Below are positions 58,906-64,000 of a DNA stretch of 64,000 bases, piece after piece. This DNA is from Thermodesulfovibrionales bacterium. Lineage in GTDB: Bacteria > Nitrospirota > Thermodesulfovibrionia > Thermodesulfovibrionales > SM23-35. A program made the position numbers and the translations under genes. Within the stretch, counting starts at the first letter, position 1. Each line of letters opens with the position of its first letter. Below the pieces are notes generated by a model. The model was given only the letters and a program-made list of their open reading frames with translations. It was not told the DNA's origin and ran no database searches. The stretch is from contig CAVQRT010000031.1 in NCBI GenBank assembly GCA_963715195.1, positions 96,001 to 160,000 on the forward strand, read 5' to 3'.

Positions 58906-59538
58906 TTAAATATCTTTCGAGGGGCAGATATCGGAGAGAATGCATTCCCCGTGCTTCGGGTTTTTTGCATGGCATACCTTTCTTCCATGCAATATCAGAA
59001 GATGGGAGAGTTTGGACCAATCCGCTTTGGGGATTATTCCCATGAGGTCTTTCTCTATCTTAACAGGGTCCTTATGTTTGGTGAGGCCAAGACGGTACGC
59101 AAGCCTTTTCACATGCGTGTCTACTGCGATACCTTCATTGATCCCATAAGCATTTGAGAGAATGATATTTGCTGTTTTCCGGGCAACACCGGGAAGGGTC
59201 GTGAGTTCCTCCATGGTCTCTGGGACTTTTCCATGAAATTCCTCGAAGATTATCCGCGCGGAAGCCTGGATATTTTTCGCCTTTGTCTTGTAGAAATTAA
59301 CCGAACCCAGATCTTTCTGGAGTGTCTCCAAAGGCACATCCGCATAGTCGACTACTGACCTGTATTTCCGGAAAAGCTCCAGGGTTACCTTATTCACCAG
59401 AAGATCAGTAGCCTGGGCAGAGAGTATCGTAGCGACGAGAAGCTCAAATGGCGAGTTGAAATGGAGTGCCGTCTTCGGATCAGGATAGGCCTTTTTCAAT
59501 CGCTTGATGATCCCGAGGGCTGTTTCTTTTGTATTCAT
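58906..59538 (-). CDS. nth: Endonuclease III
   Basis: LSAQATD, LPGVARKTAN HhH and VDTHV motifs; Fe-S cysteine cluster with one Cys replaced by His. Confidence 0.96.
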   Translation of the reverse strand: MNTKETALGIIKRLKKAYPDPKTALHFNSPFELLVATILSAQATDLLVNKVTLELFRKYRSVVDYADVPLETLQKDLGSVNFYKTKAKNIQASARIIFEEFHGKVPETMEELTTLPGVARKTANIILSNAYGINEGIAVDTHVKRLAYRLGLTKHKDPVKIEKDLMGIIPKADWSKLSHLLILHGRKVCHAKNPKHGECILSDICPSKDI

Positions 59539-60746
59539 TCGCCCTTGATAAAGTAGTCCATGAGTCTGTGTCCTTCTTCAAATACGATGATGTCGTCCCT
59601 CGTGAGGATCGATTCGTCGAACGATGCATGCGGATTGTCCCTTTTCGCACGGCTGTCGTATATCAGAAAGGGAACAGGTTCGTCAGTATGCGTTTTGACC
59701 TCTATCGGGGTTGCATGGTCAGGCAGGATGAGTATCCGGTAATCATCGAATGCGGTCATTCCCTTCAGCACATTTCCCACAACACGTGCGTCAAAGTCTT
59801 CGATTGCCCGTATCTTGTCCTCATAATTGCCTGCATGGCCTGCTTCATCCGGTGCTTCGACATGAATGTACGCGATGTCTACTCTCTCAAGCGCTTTCAA
59901 AGCACTTTCCGCTTTTCCCTCATAATTGGTGTCCAGATACCCGGTAATGCCGGGTACTTCAAGAATTTCCAGCCCTGCACTTATTCCCAATCCTCTCATA
60001 AGGTCAACAGCAGAGACAAGGGCACCGGCGAGTGAATATTTCTGTTTGAAGGTCGGGAGGAGGAGCTTTTTCCCTTGTCCCCAGAGCCAAATGCTATTGG
60101 CAGGTTTGTCGCCTCTTCTTATACGTTCCTTGTTGATGGGATGATTTTCAAGAATCCCTGCTGATTTCAGCATCAGATCCCTCAGAATATCCTCTCCGTT
60201 GCCGATAGGAAGGTAGTCTGAAATCTCTTTTCCGGTAATGTCATGAGGAGGAGTGCACTCGATCTTTGATTCGCCCGAGGACCAGAGCATAATATGCCGG
60301 TAACTAATTCCAGGATAGAAAGTGATCTCTTCGCTGCCGGCTTTGCGATTGATTTCGAGAACAAGTTCTTTTGCCTCGTCTGTCGATATATGTCCGCTGC
60401 TGTAATCATCCATAACGGCCTTTGTCTTGTCCTTGTTATACTTCAGGGTGACGAGGTTGCACCGGTAGGCTACATCGTCTTCCTTCATACTGATTCCGAT
60501 GCTCGCTGCTTCAAGTGGAGCCCTTCCCGAATAGAATTCCTGAGGATTATACCCGAGGATGCTCAGGTTGGCGATATCAGAACCGGGGTGAAAACCGGCG
60601 GGGACAGTTCGGATTTTTCCCATTATGCCCTCGCGGGCAAGCCTGTCCATATTCGGGATTGAGGATATCTGCAGAGGGGTTTTGCCGTTTAACTCCTTTA
60701 GAGGCCTGTCAGCCATTCCGTCACCAATGATTACGATATATTTCAT
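59535..60746 (-). CDS. apgM: Cofactor-independent phosphoglycerate mutase, ApgM type (also proposed as a homoserine kinase)
   Basis: GDGMAD, GKTPL, GSDIAN, HVEAPDEAGH and PDHATP motifs. Confidence 0.9.
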   Translation of the reverse strand: MKYIVIIGDGMADRPLKELNGKTPLQISSIPNMDRLAREGIMGKIRTVPAGFHPGSDIANLSILGYNPQEFYSGRAPLEAASIGISMKEDDVAYRCNLVTLKYNKDKTKAVMDDYSSGHISTDEAKELVLEINRKAGSEEITFYPGISYRHIMLWSSGESKIECTPPHDITGKEISDYLPIGNGEDILRDLMLKSAGILENHPINKERIRRGDKPANSIWLWGQGKKLLLPTFKQKYSLAGALVSAVDLMRGLGISAGLEILEVPGITGYLDTNYEGKAESALKALERVDIAYIHVEAPDEAGHAGNYEDKIRAIEDFDARVVGNVLKGMTAFDDYRILILPDHATPIEVKTHTDEPVPFLIYDSRAKRDNPHASFDESILTRDDIIVFEEGHRLMDYFIKGE

Positions 60747-60750
60747 GCTG

Positions 60751-60987
60751 TTATTCTATGATATCTCCGTCGAGAAGCTCAACCGCAATCCCCTGGTCTT
60801 TGAGTGACTGGAGCCCTTTCTCAAGGTTTTCTTCCTCCCCTTCCAGGACGAGGATCATTTCCCCGCGTGTCTCGGTGACCTTTGCCTGCCTGATGTTCGG
60901 CATAACATCATATTTTCTGGCCATGGTAAAGATAACAGGCTCTTTAATGAGATGCTGGGGGAAAATCAGTTTTATATGCTTCTTCAT
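60751..60987 (-). CDS. Stand-alone NIL-domain protein
   Basis: MKKHIKLIFPQHLIKEPVI...PNIRQAKV...GEMILVLEG. Confidence 0.85.
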   Translation of the reverse strand: MKKHIKLIFPQHLIKEPVIFTMARKYDVMPNIRQAKVTETRGEMILVLEGEEENLEKGLQSLKDQGIAVELLDGDIIE

Positions 60988-61036
60988 CACTTTCTCCGTA
61001 GGGTACCCCTCTGCAATTACAGGAACGATTGATATC

Positions 61037-62338
61037 TCAGGTACTTTCCTCTTTCCCTTCTGCCCTGATAAAAACGGTTTTGCCCATGACGGCTGGTAAA
61101 GCATCGATTTCACTAATAGCACGGCGGACATCCTTCTCCTTTGCTTCATGGGTAAGGACTACGAGCGGGACTGCCTCACCAATCCTCCTTCCTTTCTGGA
61201 TAACCGATGCAATGCTGATATCGTGATTTCCGAGTATCCCTGAAATCTTCGAGAGGACACCCGGTTTATCGAGTGCAGAGAACCGAAAATAGTACCGTGA
61301 GAGTACATCATCAATCTTTTTAATTTTTATATCCCTGAAAATCATCGGAATTGTCGGGACTCTTCCGGTGGCATTTTTCTTCATGTTCCTGGCGATATCT
61401 GCAATATCACTTACGACTGCGCTGCCCGTCGGCACCGAACCTGCGCCTCTTCCATAATACAGGGTTGAGCCTGTAGCATCGCCGTCCACATAGATGGCAT
61501 TGAACGGGCCATCAACTTTTGCGATCAGGTAATCTTTCGGGAGCATGGTCGGGTGAACCCTGAGTTCGATTTCGCCATCCGCTTCTTTGGCAATGGCAAG
61601 CAGCTTCACCTTGTAGCCAAGCTCGGATGCAAAACTGATGTCCTGCGTGGCGATCCCGGTAATTCCCTCAACATGAACAGAGTTGAATGAGAGGGGGATG
61701 CCATAGGCGAGGGTCGAGAGGATGGTGAGTTTGTGTGCAGTATCGATCCCTTCAATATCGAGTGTCGGGTCGGCTTCAGCATACCCCAGAGCCTGTGCCT
61801 CTTTTAATGCATCTGAGAATTCCATATTCTGATCGGTCATTTTTGTCAGAATGTAATTGGAAGTTCCGTTGATGATGCCATAGATGGCTTTGATCCTGTT
61901 CGCGATGAGACTTTCTTTCATGACCTTGATGATTGGAATAGCACCTGCTACCGATGCCTCAAATCCTACTTCAACTCCTGCCTCACGCGCTGCCGTGAAG
62001 ATGTCTGCTCCCCCGGTTGCAAGGAGTGCTTTATTCGCGGTAACAACGTGTTTTTTGTTCTGAATCGCTTTGAGGATAAAGTCTTTCGCAGGCTTGATGC
62101 CGCCGATGAGTTCGACGACGATATGAATATCCGGGTCGTCGAAAATCATGTTGACATCTTTGGTTAATACTCCGTCAGGGATTTTGATTCCTCTGTCGCG
62201 TTCTATGTCGAGATCAGCGATCCTCCTGAGATTGATTGGAAATCCAAGCCGTTCTTTCAGAATATCCATGTTCTCGATGAGAATCTTTGCAGTTCCGCTG
62301 CCAACGATGCCAAAACCGATTATTCCTACGTTTACCAT
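61037..62338 (-). CDS. hom: Homoserine dehydrogenase with a C-terminal ACT domain
   Basis: GFGIVG, VVTANKA, EASVAGAIP, NGTSNYIL and GYAEADP motifs; DKPGVL ACT motif. Confidence 0.97.
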   Translation of the reverse strand: MVNVGIIGFGIVGSGTAKILIENMDILKERLGFPINLRRIADLDIERDRGIKIPDGVLTKDVNMIFDDPDIHIVVELIGGIKPAKDFILKAIQNKKHVVTANKALLATGGADIFTAAREAGVEVGFEASVAGAIPIIKVMKESLIANRIKAIYGIINGTSNYILTKMTDQNMEFSDALKEAQALGYAEADPTLDIEGIDTAHKLTILSTLAYGIPLSFNSVHVEGITGIATQDISFASELGYKVKLLAIAKEADGEIELRVHPTMLPKDYLIAKVDGPFNAIYVDGDATGSTLYYGRGAGSVPTGSAVVSDIADIARNMKKNATGRVPTIPMIFRDIKIKKIDDVLSRYYFRFSALDKPGVLSKISGILGNHDISIASVIQKGRRIGEAVPLVVLTHEAKEKDVRRAISEIDALPAVMGKTVFIRAEGKEEST

Positions 62339-62373
62339 GTTTTTTAAGCCTTTCTATATGGGTGATTGGTGTT

Positions 62374-63213
62374 CTAACTATTATACATATCCTCTGCGTT
62401 CATTGAGCTCCTTACCAATGGGCCGGAAAGAACCTGTCGAAATCCCATGGCGAGTGCCATATCACGAAGTCTGTCGAATGTCTCCGGCCTGACATATTCA
62501 ATAACCGGAAGATTTGCTCGCGATGGCCTCAGATACTGACCTAGGGTGATGTAATCGCAGCCGGTTTTTCGCAGATCTCTCAGAACATCCAGAACTTCAT
62601 ACACCTGTTCGCCCAGACCCAGCATAAGCCCTGATTTGGTTTTCACGCCCGGAAACCTTTGCTTTATGTGCCCTAATAGGGAAAGTGAACGACAGTAATC
62701 GGCCAGAGGCCTGACAGTAGGATATAGTCTCGGAATTGTCTCAATATTGTGGTTGAATACATCCGGCTGTGAATCCAGAACCGTATTGATGCTGCTCAGG
62801 ACTCCCTTGAAGTCAGGGGTCAATACCTCCACTTTTGCACCGGGCACAATTCCCCTGAGGGCATCGACTGTATCTGCAAAGTGGCCGGCACCTCCGTCAG
62901 GGAGGTCATCACGGGTCACGGAGGTGATGACCACATAACGCAAGCGCATTTCCCTCGCAGCCATGCCGATTCTCTCAGGCTCATCATGATCGAGCGGTTC
63001 GGGCACAGAGGACGTCACCGAGCAAAAACCGCAGTTCCTGGAGCACCTTGCCCCCATGATCATGAAAGCAGCAGTTGGTTTCAGGAAACATTCACCGATA
63101 TTCGGGCATCTTGCCTCCTCACAGACAGATGCAAGGCCATATGCGCGCAATATCCGTTTTGTCTCGTGAAGTCTTCGGGGGTTCTTTGTCCGCAGCCATT
63201 CCGGCAGCCGCAC
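62374..63213 (-). CDS. lipA: Lipoyl synthase
   Basis: CEEARCPNIGEC, CSRNCGFC, TSVTRDDL and LVRSS motifs. Confidence 0.97.
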   Translation of the reverse strand: MRLPEWLRTKNPRRLHETKRILRAYGLASVCEEARCPNIGECFLKPTAAFMIMGARCSRNCGFCSVTSSVPEPLDHDEPERIGMAAREMRLRYVVITSVTRDDLPDGGAGHFADTVDALRGIVPGAKVEVLTPDFKGVLSSINTVLDSQPDVFNHNIETIPRLYPTVRPLADYCRSLSLLGHIKQRFPGVKTKSGLMLGLGEQVYEVLDVLRDLRKTGCDYITLGQYLRPSRANLPVIEYVRPETFDRLRDMALAMGFRQVLSGPLVRSSMNAEDMYNS

Positions 63214-63385
63214 GGTCTACTCCGTTTCGAGATCTATGATTAATCGTGAAAAATTGTCATTACGATAATGGAAATACCCGACTTTGTCAAATACCGAAGG
63301 AGTTCAGACAGCCGCTCCTCTTGTTAATTTCCTTTTCAAGTGTTATGCTTTTTTATGCTTAAAAATTCCTGTACGGATTATTGAT

Positions 63386-64000
63386 ATGATACACCTGAAA
63401 CTGAAACGCAGACTGCCTTACCGTCCTACCGAGAGAATGAATGTCGTAAGCTATCCGATCCGGGACATCGTTATGGAGGCCAAGCGTGAAGAGGCAAAAG
63501 GCAAGAAGATGATTTACCTCAACATTGGAGACCCGCCCCAGTATGGGTTCACATCGTTTCAAGTGATAGCTGATCGGGTAAAGAGTGCGCTCGATGAAAA
63601 CTTCAAGGGCTATGCTCCTTCAGAAGGAGATGAGGAGCTCAGAAACACAGTAGCGAAGATCGAAAAGTGCAAGCCTGAGGATGTGTTTATCGTTGCCGGC
63701 CTTACCGAGGGAATAGACTTTTTCTTCCATTCGTTTATCGGGTTCGGTGAGAAAGTCCTCCTTCCGAATCCTGTGTATCCGCTCTACCTGAGCAAAGCCA
63801 AGCAATTCGAGGGTGATACCTTTTTCTACAAGCATGATGCCGATGGACAAATAGATATTGGGAACCTGGTAAAAAAGATTGAAGGTGCAAAGGCGATGGT
63901 GATCATCAACCCGAATAATCCGCTGGGAGCCGTTTATTCTGAAAAGAACCTCTCTGAAGTCGTCAGGCTCTGTGCTGAATATGACGTCCCCATTTTTTAT
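63386..64000 (+). CDS. PLP-dependent class I/II aminotransferase, AlaA-like (runs off the window)
   Basis: Manual translation YPIRDIVMEAK...IYLNIGDP...GYAPSEG...LPNPVYPLY...IINPNNPLGAVYS; alternative start at 63437. Confidence 0.85.
   Translation, partial: MIHLKLKRRLPYRPTERMNVVSYPIRDIVMEAKREEAKGKKMIYLNIGDPPQYGFTSFQVIADRVKSALDENFKGYAPSEGDEELRNTVAKIEKCKPEDVFIVAGLTEGIDFFFHSFIGFGEKVLLPNPVYPLYLSKAKQFEGDTFFYKHDADGQIDIGNLVKKIEGAKAMVIINPNNPLGAVYSEKNLSEVVRLCAEYDVPIFY

Overview
This 64 kb window is mostly core chromosome from an anaerobic diderm bacterium. Gene content and order suggest Nitrospirota/Thermodesulfovibrionia or a deltaproteobacteria-like lineage; that placement is inference only. From left to right it holds icd with a Re-citrate synthase-like gene, fabG-acpP-fabF-rnc, a YHS protein with a Cu P-type ATPase, and nrdR-glyA-rpiB-metG-ricT-holB-tmk. 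Next come a core (MesB-like) methionine synthase, an unannotated bS22-like small protein, a 1400-aa CoA-activase/dehydratase fusion, glyQ, a PAS-GGDEF-EAL protein and an orphan vorB-like gene. The str/S10/spc/alpha ribosomal superoperon follows, lacking rpmD and adk. The right end holds galE, yraN, a toprim gene, a YdbH/YnbE-YdbL-like pair, tpx, sod, a MacAB-type ABC exporter, a glutaredoxin, a BASS transporter, nth, apgM, a NIL protein, hom, lipA and a partial aminotransferase. The best candidate for an undescribed system is a gene the ORF track misses (47463-47864). It has an SbtA ('selenobiotic')-like leader, an in-frame TGA followed by a SECIS-like hairpin, and an in-frame monoheme CxxCH cytochrome c with a TsdA/SoxA-like distal Cys, so it is a probable secreted selenocysteine-containing cytochrome. 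Also notable are many degenerate 7-nt-period arrays, some inserted inside coding frames (metG, rpmC, activase, holB). Indels in fabF and secY are most likely sequencing or assembly errors.
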